Both the position numbers and the translations under genes were made by a program. Under the pieces are notes generated by a model. That model was not told the origin of the DNA. It was given only the letters and a program-made list of their open reading frames with translations, and searched no databases. Below are positions 32,773 through 43,289 of a stretch of DNA of 64,000 nucleotides, piece by piece. The number at the start of each line of letters is the position of its first letter. The stretch's first letter is position 1. This stretch comes from an uncultured Actinomycetota bacterium (GTDB taxonomy: Bacteria > Actinomycetota > Actinomycetes > JAFAQI01), in the NCBI GenBank assembly GCA_963770565.1, contig CAVYQE010000011.1, positions 256,001 to 320,000 on the forward strand. Direction: 5' to 3'.

Positions 32773-33318
32773 TCAGCGGGCCGCTTGGTCCGCGCCGACG
32801 CGCGACGCGGCCAGCGCGGCGAGCCGGGTGGTAATTGCTTTGGCGGTCGATTCGGCAAGGCGATGGAGGGCGGCGTCGTCGGCCACATGACCGATCGGCC
32901 CCAATGGGGGCCGGTACGCCCCGGCCAGGGTGAGCAGGCAACTCGTTTCGTCGATGGGGGTGATCGCCAACCGGGCGTCGAGTTTGGGGTAGCCGGCGGC
33001 GAACGCGCCGATCGGAGCCCAATGCAGGTCATAGACGAAGCTCGGGCCTTGCGGGCGAGGGTTGCTGAGCCGCGCGACCACTCGCTTGCGCAGCGAGCTG
33101 TTTCGGCGGGGACCGACCACGAGCTCGACGTCGAGGCCGTCGTCCTCGCCGCACCCGGCGGTTGAGTCGCTGAGCACCTGCCAGAGCCGCAGCCGGGCGT
33201 GATAGGCGTTGCAGGTGACGACCGCATCGGCACGTACCCAGCCATCATGTGGCGCACCGATTGGCGGTTTGTGATCGACGCGGGCAAGCCGTCCGGCTCG
33301 CACCCTGGAGATACCCAT
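32773..33318 (-). CDS. Conserved actinobacterial hypothetical protein
   Basis: P.LDA.L.I...LTLAGAYRPPLG..G...D motif. Confidence 0.6.
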   Translation of the reverse strand: MGISRVRAGRLARVDHKPPIGAPHDGWVRADAVVTCNAYHARLRLWQVLSDSTAGCGEDDGLDVELVVGPRRNSSLRKRVVARLSNPRPQGPSFVYDLHWAPIGAFAAGYPKLDARLAITPIDETSCLLTLAGAYRPPLGPIGHVADDAALHRLAESTAKAITTRLAALAASRVGADQAAR

Positions 33319-33458
33319 CAGGACCGACCTCTCATCTACCGCGAGCCTCGCGCGCGATGACAGGGACCGCTAGAGACCTTGGTCCTCGGTTCGGTGGACA
33401 AAGTACGGGTGTCGACGACCTCGCCGGAGCCGGCAAGGGCGTGTCATAACCTGCCGAC

Positions 33459-34079
33459 ATGGCGTTCACCGGATGGCCGGTCGAGGCGATCGAGTTCTAC
33501 GAGGGCCTGCAGGCCGACAACACGAGGATCTTCTGGCAGGCGAATAAGTCGACATACGACGACTGCGTGCTGCGGCCGATGCAGGAGCTGCTCGCGGAGC
33601 TGGAGCCGGAGTTCGGTGAGGGCAAGATCTTCCGGCCATACCGCGACGTACGGTTCAGCGCCGACAAGTCGCCGTACAAGACCGCGATGGGTGCCACGCT
33701 GGCAGGCGGGGGTTACGTGCATCTGTCTGCCGACGGGCTCGGCTCGGGCTGCGGGATGTATCACCTCGAGCCCGACCAGTTGGCCCGGTTCCGGGAGGCC
33801 GTGGCTGACGACACCTGCGGTCCGCAGGTGCAAGCGATCGTCGATGACTTACGGAAGGCGAAGATCGACGTGTCGGCACACGACACGTTGAAGACCGTCG
33901 CGCGCGGCTACCCCAAGGACCATCCGCGGGCTGAGCTGTTGCGCTACAAGGGGTTGATCAGCTGGAAGCAGTGGCCGGTCGGTGCGTGGCTCGGCACCCC
34001 GAAGGCAAAGGACCGGGTGGTCGACTTCCTGCGTACCTCAGGCCCACTCAACGATTGGCTCGCCAAGAACGTCGCGTGA
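33459..34079 (+). CDS. DUF2461 (TIGR02453) family protein
   Basis: KIFRPYRDVRFSADKSPYKT. Confidence 0.92.
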   Translation: MAFTGWPVEAIEFYEGLQADNTRIFWQANKSTYDDCVLRPMQELLAELEPEFGEGKIFRPYRDVRFSADKSPYKTAMGATLAGGGYVHLSADGLGSGCGMYHLEPDQLARFREAVADDTCGPQVQAIVDDLRKAKIDVSAHDTLKTVARGYPKDHPRAELLRYKGLISWKQWPVGAWLGTPKAKDRVVDFLRTSGPLNDWLAKNVA

Positions 34080-34150
34080 TCCGTCCCGCGGCGGCGCGTT
34101 GACCTGGCCATGCTCAGGTCGCCGGACGCGGGCACAACCTGGAGGTTGAC

Positions 34151-34522
34151 GTGCTCGACCACATCTCGATTCAGTGCGCGGACGTCTCGGCCAGTGCGGC
34201 GTTCTACGACGCCGTGCTCGCGACCATCGGCGGGGAGCGGGTGATGGACTTCGGCGACGCGATCGGGTACGGCGTACCGCCGATGCCGGACTTCTGGATC
34301 GGTGGCCAGCAGACCGGCGAGGGGTTCCGGGAGAACCACCTCGCGTTCTCGGCACCCGACCGCGGTGCGGTCGACGCGTTCGTGGCGGCCGCCGTGGCCA
34401 CCGGAGCCGAGGTGCTGCACCCGGCCCGGTTGTGGCCGGAGTACCACCCGAACTACTACGGCGGCTTCGTCCGCGACCCGGACGGCAACAACGTCGAGGC
34501 GGTCTGTCACAAACCGGCGTAG
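34151..34522 (+). CDS. VOC/glyoxalase family protein
   Basis: LDHISI, HLAF.A, YYGGFVRDPDGNNVEAV. Confidence 0.93.
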   Translation: MLDHISIQCADVSASAAFYDAVLATIGGERVMDFGDAIGYGVPPMPDFWIGGQQTGEGFRENHLAFSAPDRGAVDAFVAAAVATGAEVLHPARLWPEYHPNYYGGFVRDPDGNNVEAVCHKPA

Positions 34523-34548
34523 TAGCGAGCCGGTTTCCGGGCAGCCGA

Positions 34549-34646
34549 CCCCGTTTCAGCACACAACGCTGCCGCCGCCGCTACGCAGATCGGACAGGTC
34601 GCCACCAACCGGGCGCTCACGGCACCGGTTGTGTGCTGAAACGGGG
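34549..34646. repeat. Dispersed inverted-repeat element, copy 1 (CCCCGTTTCAGCACACAAC-N60-GTTGTGTGCTGAAACGGGG)
   Basis: Perfect 19-bp terminal inverted repeats. Confidence 0.85.
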
Positions 34647-34691
34647 AAGTGAATCGCCGGAGCCGGTAACCCGATCGGGTGTATTGACGCC

Positions 34692-36806
34692 GTGCACCAG
34701 GCGCGAAACGATCGCGGCGTGATCGGGGGGATTGGCTCTCGCCGCGCGATTGTGGCTGCCATGGTCATCGCGGCCACGGTGCCGGGCGTCGCTCAGGCGG
34801 CTCCTGGCGGGTCGATCGCGACACACCATGCAAGGGCGTCCCACCGGCACACGGCGGTTGCGCGCGCTGCTGCGCGGGCTGGGCGGCCGATGACCACCGA
34901 CCTCCGGCTGGCGAGGTCTGCGGTGAAGGTGTCCGCCGGGCGGTTGGCGGTGTCTGGTACGGCGCTGATCACCGGCAAGCTACCGAAGTCGTTCAGCGGC
35001 AAGCCGAAGTCGTTCGCGTTGTCGAAGAACACGACCTTCGGAGCCGGCGACAGCTACGTCGGGACCGCGGCGTTGAAGGCGCCGAAGGGCAGCTACAAGG
35101 CCTGGATCTCGCTCGCCGACGATGCGACGACCGGCATGTTCCGTCTCCTCGCCTGCAAAAAGACGACACCGTCGGCCCCGACCTGCACGGCGGTCGGAAC
35201 GGCACATGTCGGTGCCGCGGCGGCGCCGGTCGTGGCAACACCGAAGCTCGAGACCACCCGCATGGTGAGCCGCATGTTCAACGGCAAGGCGGCTTCGCTC
35301 ACGGCGACTGGGAGCGACGGCACGAAATTCACGATCAAGGTGCCGGCCTCCGACGCGATCTACCCGATCGAGCTGACCCCGGTCTCGTCGCTGTCGCCGA
35401 CGAGCGCGGCCGGCAAGCTCGTCGATGGCGTGATGATCAGCCCACTCGGCGAGGCACCGCCCGGCTCGACGTTGGTCATCAAGCCGGGCAAGAGGAAGCC
35501 GCCGAAGAACGCGCAGGTCATCGGCTTCGGTGGAATCGAAACCTCAGGTGCCGCGTTTCCGTTGCCCATCCCGTTCGGTAAGACTGCGACGATTCCGCTC
35601 GCTTCGCTCGGTGGTTACGGGATCGCTGTCCCGGTCGCCAAGTCGAGCAACGCCGTGCAGGCCTGCCCGTCAGCCCCGGACGTGTTGGCCGTGGCACAAC
35701 CGGCTGCCTCGGGATCTCGGCCGCTCATCTCGTGCAGCTCGGCGGAGCAGCGGATGAGGCAGCTCGGCAATGCCATCATCAAGGAGCTCGGAATCGCCCG
35801 ACAGGAGCTACTGCTGGGCCAGGAACCGTCGGCGAATATCGGCGAAATGTTTGTAGAGGCCGGCACCGCCGACACGCAGGCTCTCGAGAACGAGGCCGGT
35901 CGCCTCCTGAATCAGCCGCCCACTGATCAGGGGTCCGCTGAGCTCGAGGTCCTGACGATGGATGCGCTCGGCATCGCCCGCCAATCGGAGCTGACGGGCC
36001 AGCCGCATGACGAGATCGACCAGTTGGTCGACCAGATGCTCAACTATCGGCTCAAGAACCTCCACGAGCTGTGCATGGGTGGTGGGCCGCAGCCGGCCAT
36101 CCAGTTGCTCGCGCACGCGATGCTTGCCCTCGGAACGATGCTGGAGGCCAGGACTCTCGACGACCCTGCCCTGGGCAACGAAGCCGGCACTATTCGCAGT
36201 GCGTGCCTTCGCCGGGTCAAGATCAACATCGACATCACTGACTCCTCTGAGTTCGACAACAACACCCTCGATGTATCAGCAGCCGTAACGGCCGACCACG
36301 TCATGGTGACCGGTCACGACGATGCGAAGGCGGTCGGTGGCGTCGCGCTCAAGGCGAACGATGTGACGCTCACCTACGACTCTGCGTCCGTCTCGGTTGA
36401 CCCACCGCTATCCGGAGTCGAGACCGCCGAGTTCACGAGCAAGTCCGGTCTCGTGCATGTCGGCACCGTCGGCTACAGCGCATCGACGAAGGTGCGCTGC
36501 GACAAGAACAAGCAGTTCGTGTACGACTACAAGGCCTCGCTCTGGGCCGACCCGAGCACCCTGTGGAAGGACGTCCAGAAGGTCCAGATCTCGGTGGAAG
36601 GCACGGTGGTCGGCAACAACATCGGCGGCGTCGAAGGGGGCTCATTCTCGGAGGGCATCCATACGTCGAAGATCCTTCAGCCGTTTGAGATCAAGCTCGA
36701 CACACAACCGCCGACCGAGCTGAAGAACGGCGGGCCCTGTCAGTCGGCGAGTTGCAAGAAGTTCTCATTCGACGCCACCTTCGACGCCACGAGCCAAGAC
36801 GGCTGA
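34692..36806 (+). CDS. Large secreted hypothetical protein
   Basis: Signal peptide (SRRAIV...AQA); beta-rich ends with a helical middle; start uncertain. Confidence 0.75.
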   Translation: MHQARNDRGVIGGIGSRRAIVAAMVIAATVPGVAQAAPGGSIATHHARASHRHTAVARAAARAGRPMTTDLRLARSAVKVSAGRLAVSGTALITGKLPKSFSGKPKSFALSKNTTFGAGDSYVGTAALKAPKGSYKAWISLADDATTGMFRLLACKKTTPSAPTCTAVGTAHVGAAAAPVVATPKLETTRMVSRMFNGKAASLTATGSDGTKFTIKVPASDAIYPIELTPVSSLSPTSAAGKLVDGVMISPLGEAPPGSTLVIKPGKRKPPKNAQVIGFGGIETSGAAFPLPIPFGKTATIPLASLGGYGIAVPVAKSSNAVQACPSAPDVLAVAQPAASGSRPLISCSSAEQRMRQLGNAIIKELGIARQELLLGQEPSANIGEMFVEAGTADTQALENEAGRLLNQPPTDQGSAELEVLTMDALGIARQSELTGQPHDEIDQLVDQMLNYRLKNLHELCMGGGPQPAIQLLAHAMLALGTMLEARTLDDPALGNEAGTIRSACLRRVKINIDITDSSEFDNNTLDVSAAVTADHVMVTGHDDAKAVGGVALKANDVTLTYDSASVSVDPPLSGVETAEFTSKSGLVHVGTVGYSASTKVRCDKNKQFVYDYKASLWADPSTLWKDVQKVQISVEGTVVGNNIGGVEGGSFSEGIHTSKILQPFEIKLDTQPPTELKNGGPCQSASCKKFSFDATFDATSQDG

Positions 36807-36815
36807 CCTGACAGA

Positions 36816-37875
36816 TCAGCGTTCGGCCGCCGCGAGGACCCGCAGTGCTTCGACCGCGCGGTCGGGGTCGTCGGGCGGGATGGGGAACGGCTCGGGGTCG
36901 CGGCAACGATCGAGCAGCCGCTCGACCATCGCCGAACGATCGATGATGACGTCGGCGTCGATCGCGCCCGGCATGATCCGGATCTCGAGGGTGTCGCGCA
37001 CCGGATCGTCCCTCAGCAGTTGGGTCAGGTTGATGTCGAAGAATTTCGTCAGCCCACCCTCCTTCGCGGCCGCTCGGAGGTCGTCGATGCTCGGGTCGCC
37101 CGCGACCGCATCGACGAGCTGCGCGGGCAACGCCGCGAGCCGCCGGCAGCGCGGGTTTGTCCCGAGCAGTTGCCGCAATGGTTCGCGCCAGTAGGCGAAC
37201 AGCCGTACGACGTTCGCCAGTGCGTGCACCTCGCGGAACGGCTTCCGTCGAATGGATGTGGACCGCGGCCTCCTGAGGAACCGTGAAGCCGAGCGATCGC
37301 GGGCCGGCCCGAGGAGCGCCTCGAGCGCCTCGCGGTGGCCGACTAGCAAGGGGCGGCGTGACGATCTCGCACGGGCGCTCGCGCTCACCGCCGCTCGGAG
37401 CTGGCGAGGGCGATCGTGGCGCCGGCCGAGTCGAGCCGCCAGATCGTCCCGTGCCGCTCGGGTGCCACGCCCCAGATCGCGGCTGCACCGTCGAGTGCTG
37501 TCTCGAGCGGGCCGCCCGGGTCGCTGTGCCGCGCGAGCAGGCGCGAGCAGTCGAGGGTCGTCGGTCAGCAGCCGATGCCAGCCCGAGTACGGCGGCTGCC
37601 GTCGGCGTCGAGGTCGGCCATGATCGTCACGTCGTCGACCAGCGTGCAGACCAGTTCGCCGGACCCGGTCGTGACCTCGAAGCCTTTGGTCAGGTGCAGG
37701 AACCGGCCGCCGAGCGACTTCACGAGCGCCGGCTCGCTGTCGTCGATGCCAGATCGCTGCGGACCTGCCGCACGACAGGTTCGGCGAGGTCCGCGGCGAG
37801 GATTCGCCGGCTCGAGCCCCGCGCGGCGCGAGCAGCTCGACCTCGAACCCGCGCGCGAGCACAGCCCGTGCTCAT
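36816..37875 (-). pseudogene. Putative amidoligase-family protein with multiple frameshifts
   Basis: GFEVELLAP, DSEP, VDDVT, ERERPCEIVTPP, A.HIH and TLEIRI motifs are split across three frames. Confidence 0.65.
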
Positions 37876-37895
37876 CGGCGGCCGGAAGCCTTCGG

Positions 37896-38995
37896 TCAGG
37901 GCGAGATCGGCAAGCGTGCCGCCGTCGAGCAGCTTCTGGCCGGCCTCGGCCTTCACCTTGTAGGTGTCGGTCTCGTTCCACATCTGGCCCAGCGTGACGG
38001 CGTCGTTGTAGTCGTAGCCGGCCGCAAAGAACGCGGCGACCGCCTTGTTCTCCGGCGAGTGCCGGAGTACCGCTCGGAGGGATCGGCAGCGTGTCGCCGT
38101 CGAGCAGCTTCTGGCCGGCATCGGTCTTGACCTGATTGATGTCGGTCTCGTTCCACATCTGCCCCAAGGTGACGGCGTCGTTGTAGTCGTAGCCGTCAGC
38201 AAAGTACTCCGCCAGCGCCGGGCTCTCCGGTGCCACCGGTGTGCTGGCCGTTCCGGAGCTGTCGCCCGCCTTGGCCTGTTCGGCCTTGGCGCGCGCCTCG
38301 AGATGCGCCTTGGACATCGTTCCTGTCAACACTGCGGAGGGTGTCGCCGAGCCGCTCGGCGGGATCGGCAGCTGCTCGCCGTCGAGGAGCTTCTGGCCGG
38401 CCTCGGCCTTCGCCTTGTAGGTACTAGTTTCATTCCACAGCTTCGCGAGGTCGACCGCGTCGTTGTAGTCGTAGCCGGCGGCGAAGAAGGCGGCCACCTG
38501 CGCGTCTTGGGTCGGGTTGTCGGGTTCAGGCGTGACGTCCGGCTGCACCGGGAGCTTCTGGCCCGCCAGCAGCATCAGGCCGGCCTGCGTCTTGATCTGC
38601 TCGATACCGCTGCTGCTCGTGCTGTCGCCCCAGATTGCAGCCAGCTGCAAGGCGTTGTTGTAGTCGTATCCGTCCGTGAAGTACGCGTTGAGCGCCTGCG
38701 CGTCGGTGTAGGTGCCCGCGATCGGCGACGGGCTCGGCGAGGGGCTGCCGTCGGCGGCCTGGATGGTGTTGACGGTCTGGTTCGACCCGCCGCCGCGCGC
38801 CAGCCCGGGAAGCGCGACGCCGCCGGCGACCAGGCCGACACCGAGCACGGAGGCGCCGGTTGCCCGCACCGCCCAGCGGCGGCGACGCATATGGCGCGCA
38901 ATGATCTCGACCCGGGCGAGCACGTCGCCGGTGTCCGGGGCGAGGTGCTCGTGGGACGCGAATGCGTCGTGCAGTTCATCGATCGGTTCGTACAT
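37896..38995 (-). CDS. Membrane-anchored anti-sigma-like protein with four ~50-aa repeats, frameshifted near 38060 and 37912
   Basis: RRRR followed by a TM segment; repeats A(Y/F)F..GYDYNDA..L...W......K..AG..LL.G..LP; TGATG coupling to the sigma gene. Confidence 0.75.
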
Positions 38996-39510
38996 CAGAC
39001 GTCTCCCGCCACGGTGATGTGCTGCCGCTCCGACTGGAGCCGCAGGGCTTTCAAGGCTTTTGATGCGTTGCTTCTGACAGTCACCCGCGCGCAGTCGAGC
39101 AGGTGGGCGATCTCGTCGTCGTCGAGCTGTTCGTAGTAGCGCAGGACGAGTACGGCGCGCTGCTTGCGGGGCAGCGCCGACAGCCGGGACCACAGCTCGT
39201 CGGTGTCGACGACGGCGTCGGCGTGATCGCGGGACGCGTCGCGCCGGTCCATGAGGTCGATCACGTGCTCGCCGACCGCCTGGATGTTGCGGACGGCCCA
39301 GCGCCGGCGCCATGAGAGGTACTCGTTGAGAACCATCTGGCGGACGTAGGCGTCGGGTGAGTGCGCCCGGACGATCTTGGTCCAGTTCAGCTGAGCCCTG
39401 GCGAGCACGTCCTGCACGATGTCCTGAGCGAGGTCCCGGTCACCCGTGAGTACGACGGCGTACCGCAGCAGGCCAGGCAGGCGCGCTGCCGCGAACTCCG
39501 CGAAGGTCAC
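38995..39510 (-). CDS. ECF sigma factor (SigE family)
   Basis: AQDIVQDVL, LPRKQRAVLVLRYYE, TVRS. Confidence 0.93.
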   Translation of the reverse strand: MTFAEFAAARLPGLLRYAVVLTGDRDLAQDIVQDVLARAQLNWTKIVRAHSPDAYVRQMVLNEYLSWRRRWAVRNIQAVGEHVIDLMDRRDASRDHADAVVDTDELWSRLSALPRKQRAVLVLRYYEQLDDDEIAHLLDCARVTVRSNASKALKALRLQSERQHITVAGDV

Positions 39511-39593
39511 ATCCCTAAGATGCGGCCCGGCGCCAATCCGTGTGACGCCGGGTGCACTTTTCACAATCGGCCCGGCTGGCGGCACTCGTCGTT

Positions 39594-39685
39594 CGTTTGA
39601 GCACACAACGGTGCTCGCATCGACCCCGGAATGGGACGTTGGGGTCGTAACCGGCGCGCTCGGGGGAGCGTTGTGCGCTGAAACG
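39594..39685. repeat. Dispersed inverted-repeat element, copy 2
   Basis: CGTTTGAGCACACAAC-N60-GTTGTGCGCTGAAACG. Confidence 0.8.
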
Positions 39686-39711
39686 GACCGAGCAGTCGCG
39701 GGGGCGAGGCC

Positions 39712-41658
39712 CTACCTCCGCAGTTCGTACGCGCCTTCGTCGCACTTGCTCCGTCGTCCCAGCGTGCCTTGAGGGCGCGGCACGCCGCGCTGATCGGTCG
39801 TGGCGATCGCCCGGCAGGTCGCCCGGCGGATCCGGTCGAGCCCGATGCTGCCCTTGTGCAGGGCCATCGTCTTGGTCGGGCCGCCGTTGGCGGCGAGCTT
39901 GCCCAGCTTGGCTTTCTTGACCGACACCTTGGCCCGGTCGGTGTGCTTCGTGCCGATCGCACAGCCCGCGAGCGGCCCAAAGGCGTTGTATCCGCGGGAG
40001 TTCAGGGTGCCGGCGCAGGTCGAGCCGGCGCCCGCGGCGTTGTCGAGGACCAGGCTGGCTTCGATCGATGCCGGGGTCATCCCGGTGTTGGACCAGAAGA
40101 TTCCGCCGCCGTAGCTCTGCTTCGGTGCGCCGGACGCCCGGTTGGCGACGATCGTGTCGAACTGCAGCCGCAGGCCGGGATCGGTGGAGGAGATCGCGCC
40201 GCCCTCGGCCCGGCTGTGGCCCGGGCCGTGCACGGTGGCCGCGTTGCCGCTGAAGGTCGAGTTGACGATGCGGTTCTTGTCGGACGCGGTCGTGAAGACG
40301 TTGATGTCGACGCCGCCGCCCCGTGAGTCGCTGCCGGCCTTGACCGCGCTCGCGGTTGCCGTGTTGTCCGCAAAGGTTGACGACGAGACGGTCAGACCAC
40401 GGGCGTCGGTGGCCAACCGGGCTCCTGCGCCGCTCACGAATGCGGCCTCGCCCGAAGCCGTGCCGTGAGCATCGACGCTGATGGCATTGTGCGAGAACGT
40501 GCTGTCTTTGACTGTGCCGAGGTCAGCAACGAAGTCCATCCCGGCCCCGTGCGCCTGGCCGCCGTACGCAGAAGTGACCCGCACCGTGTTGTTGTGGACG
40601 TTCAGGTAGGTGAGGTGGGCCGTGCCGGCGTCGACATAGAGACCCGCGCTCGAGGAGTTGCCGCCATCGGGGCCGGTGATCGTGGTTCGGACCTTGTTGT
40701 CGGCGAAGGTGTCGTGGGACAGCGCGAGCGTTCCCTCGAAGTCCATCCCGAAGCTTGCTCCCGCGCCGCTGCCGCCGGCGAACGGCGCGAACGCGGTCAC
40801 CGAGTTGCCGGTGAAGGCCGTGTGCGTGACCGAGACCTTGACTGCGGCGGTTGCCACGAACAGGCCCCCGCCGCCGACTGCGCCGAGGGCGTCGGCGGTC
40901 GTACTGTTCAGCGTCGCCCGGGCCGAGTTGTCGGTGAACGCCGACGACGTGATCGTCAACGGGCCGCTGTCCACCTCGACGGCACCGCCCTGGCTCAGCG
41001 CTTGCGTGCTGGTGGAGGCGGAGGTCACCGCTCGATTGCCGGTGAACGTGGTGTGGTCGATCGCCACCTTGCCGCGGGCCCAGACCGCACCGCCCTGCGC
41101 AAACTGGCCGTTGGCTCCGTAGACCTCGGCCTGGTTGGCGGTAAAGGTGCAGTGCGTGATCGTGAGGTGGCTGCCGACGTAGAGGACGGCACCTCCCGAT
41201 GCTTCCGTGGGAGCGATCTGGACGTTGTCGTCGAAGGTGACGTGGTCGAGGGTCAGTGGGCCGGCGTTCGGTGCGTCGATTCCGCCGCCCAAGGTGCCTT
41301 GACCGTCGGTGATCTCGAGGGACCTGATCGTGATCGTGTGCGGGTTGGGGATCGTGAGGACGACGCCGTCGTCGTCCGCGCTGAGCACGGCGCCGGACGT
41401 GCCGATCAACGTGAGGTCCTTGTCGATCGCGAAGTTGCCCTCACACGTCCCCGAGACCTGGAGGATCGCACCGGAGTTGGCGTTGTCGATTGCGGTCTGC
41501 AGTGAGTCGGTCGGGCAGTGCACGGGGGTCGCCGCGACCGCGACCGCGGCCACGGGCGCATTGACGGCGCCGGCCGCGACGAGCAGGGCCGTCACGCCGA
41601 TCGCGCTGCCCGCCACCCTCAGCAAGGCTCGAACGTTGAGTCGTCGGATGCCGCCCAT
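39712..41658 (-). CDS. Secreted beta-helix protein with a choice-of-anchor Q C-terminus
   Basis: Repeated GGA/F..N motifs; LAANGGPTKTMAL...DQRG..RPQG...CD.GAYE. Confidence 0.85.
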   Translation of the reverse strand: MGGIRRLNVRALLRVAGSAIGVTALLVAAGAVNAPVAAVAVAATPVHCPTDSLQTAIDNANSGAILQVSGTCEGNFAIDKDLTLIGTSGAVLSADDDGVVLTIPNPHTITIRSLEITDGQGTLGGGIDAPNAGPLTLDHVTFDDNVQIAPTEASGGAVLYVGSHLTITHCTFTANQAEVYGANGQFAQGGAVWARGKVAIDHTTFTGNRAVTSASTSTQALSQGGAVEVDSGPLTITSSAFTDNSARATLNSTTADALGAVGGGGLFVATAAVKVSVTHTAFTGNSVTAFAPFAGGSGAGASFGMDFEGTLALSHDTFADNKVRTTITGPDGGNSSSAGLYVDAGTAHLTYLNVHNNTVRVTSAYGGQAHGAGMDFVADLGTVKDSTFSHNAISVDAHGTASGEAAFVSGAGARLATDARGLTVSSSTFADNTATASAVKAGSDSRGGGVDINVFTTASDKNRIVNSTFSGNAATVHGPGHSRAEGGAISSTDPGLRLQFDTIVANRASGAPKQSYGGGIFWSNTGMTPASIEASLVLDNAAGAGSTCAGTLNSRGYNAFGPLAGCAIGTKHTDRAKVSVKKAKLGKLAANGGPTKTMALHKGSIGLDRIRRATCRAIATTDQRGVPRPQGTLGRRSKCDEGAYELRR

Positions 41659-41813
41659 GGCCCACCCCGGTCGTTGACGCCACGTATCCGGTCCGACCTT
41701 AGGTGATGGGCGCACGTGGAGGAAACCGGACGGATCGCCCGATACGGGTGCTTAAGGCTCGCTCTCGTCAGGTCGATGACCACTGTCATACCGCGGTGCG
41801 ATGGGGGACTGAC

Positions 41814-42407
41814 GTGGCGACCGACGACCAGCAGTCGTTCTTTGCGCCCATCAGCCCGCCCGGGGCGCCCGTGCCGCCCCGGGGTGCGGGTTACCCGGCG
41901 CCGCCGCCACCCCCGCCGCCACCGGGCGCGGCGCCGTGGGGGACCGGATACCCGCCGGCGTACGGAACCGGCTACAGCTACCAGCCGCCGCCGGCTCGCC
42001 GGGGCATGAACGGCTGGTTGATCGCGGCGATCGCCGCGGCGGTGGTCATCGTCGGTGGGGTGGTCGCCGTGGTGCTGATCTACGTGTCGAACCGCAATGG
42101 CGCCAGAACCGAGGCCAACCGCTACCTGGCGGCCTTGCAGTCCAGGCGGTACCCCCAGGCCTTCGCGATGCTGTGCCCGGCCGACCAGTCGACCGCGCCG
42201 GAGTCGGTGTTCGCGATGGCCAACGAGGCCGGTCACCCGGTCACGTACACGATCCACGGCACGACGTTGGAAACGATCAACGGAACGGAACTGGCGTTCG
42301 TCTACTACCAGCAGCAGCGCTCGGACGGTGTATCGGGGACCTTTGACATCCCGCTGCTGAAGTCGGGTGGCTCCTGGCGAGTGTGCCCCACCGCGGCACT
42401 CGGCTGA
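41814..42407 (+). CDS. Proline-rich membrane protein (DUF4878/Rv0361-like)
   Basis: Pro-rich N-terminus, one TM segment, AFAMLC...WRVC. Confidence 0.7.
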   Translation: MATDDQQSFFAPISPPGAPVPPRGAGYPAPPPPPPPPGAAPWGTGYPPAYGTGYSYQPPPARRGMNGWLIAAIAAAVVIVGGVVAVVLIYVSNRNGARTEANRYLAALQSRRYPQAFAMLCPADQSTAPESVFAMANEAGHPVTYTIHGTTLETINGTELAFVYYQQQRSDGVSGTFDIPLLKSGGSWRVCPTAALG

Positions 42408-42418
42408 CGGCCGGGTCG

Positions 42419-42877
42419 TCAGACCAACCAGCGGCCGTCGCGCATCACTGAACGGTCGGGCAGCTCGTTGACCTCGCGCCACGCCTGGATCCGGCGCGGG
42501 GTGATCCGGAACCACCGGTACGCCGTCGTCAGCAGGCGCGGGTCGAAGCCGGTGTGTTCGGCGAACCGATCACCCCGCTCCCGCGGCAACGCGTCGATCT
42601 CGATTACCTCGACGTCGCCGTCGATCATCGACACGTCGCGGGTGCCGCCGAGCCCGAGCCGCGCGACTCGGCTGGTGGCCAGGTTGCGCCCGGTCGGGCT
42701 GTCCGTCGGAGTCGCGACCAGTACGGCCTCGCCGTCCCAGTCGAACGAGAGCGGCACCAGGTACGGCGTACCGTCCGTTGAGGCGCTGGCGACCCACACG
42801 TCGATGTCGTGGGCGAGCCGATGCTCGGTGTCGCGCCGGCGCTGCGCGCCGGACCGGGGATCGGCCGGAGCGCTCAG
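42419..42877 (-). CDS. Pyridoxamine 5'-phosphate oxidase family protein
   Basis: WVASAS..PYLVPLSF.WDG, IQAWRE; start uncertain (CTG overlapping the upstream stop). Confidence 0.85.
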   Translation of the reverse strand: MSAPADPRSGAQRRRDTEHRLAHDIDVWVASASTDGTPYLVPLSFDWDGEAVLVATPTDSPTGRNLATSRVARLGLGGTRDVSMIDGDVEVIEIDALPRERGDRFAEHTGFDPRLLTTAYRWFRITPRRIQAWREVNELPDRSVMRDGRWLV

Positions 42878-43284
42878 GGCAGTTCCTGGATGCGGAGCAT
42901 GTTGCCGGCCGGGTCGCGCACCGCGCAGTCGCGAACGCCGTAGGGCTGCTCGGTGGGCTCCTGGACGATCTCGGCGTCGCTGGCCTGCAACTTCTCGAAC
43001 GTGCCGTCGAGGTCCTTGGTCGCCAGCAGGAGCATGCCGTAGGTGCCCTTCGCCATCATCTCGGCAGTGACCCGGCGCTCGTCGTCGGTCAGGCCGGGGT
43101 TAGCGGTCGGCGGGTTGAGCACGATGGACGTGTCGGGCTGGTTGGCGGGTCCGACCGTGATCCAGCGCATCTTGCCCTTGCCGACGTCCATGCGGACCTC
43201 GAAACCGAGGGTGTCGCGATAGAAGGCGAGGGAGGCGTCCGGATCGTCGTGCGGGAGGAAGCTCGCGTGAATGTTGATGTCCAT
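42874..43284 (-). CDS. VOC family protein
   Basis: SLAFYRDTLGF, QPYGVRDCAVRDPAGN. Confidence 0.92.
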   Translation of the reverse strand: MDINIHASFLPHDDPDASLAFYRDTLGFEVRMDVGKGKMRWITVGPANQPDTSIVLNPPTANPGLTDDERRVTAEMMAKGTYGMLLLATKDLDGTFEKLQASDAEIVQEPTEQPYGVRDCAVRDPAGNMLRIQELP

Positions 43285-43289
43285 GCCGG

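Noticed and set aside
33362-33388. DosR/DevR-like box (AGGGACC...GAGACCTTGGTCCT)
   Set aside because: Only a partial match, with no other hypoxia-regulon genes nearby.
36816-38100. Programmed frameshifting
   Set aside because: There are too many shifts and no slippery sites; sequencing error or decay explains them better.
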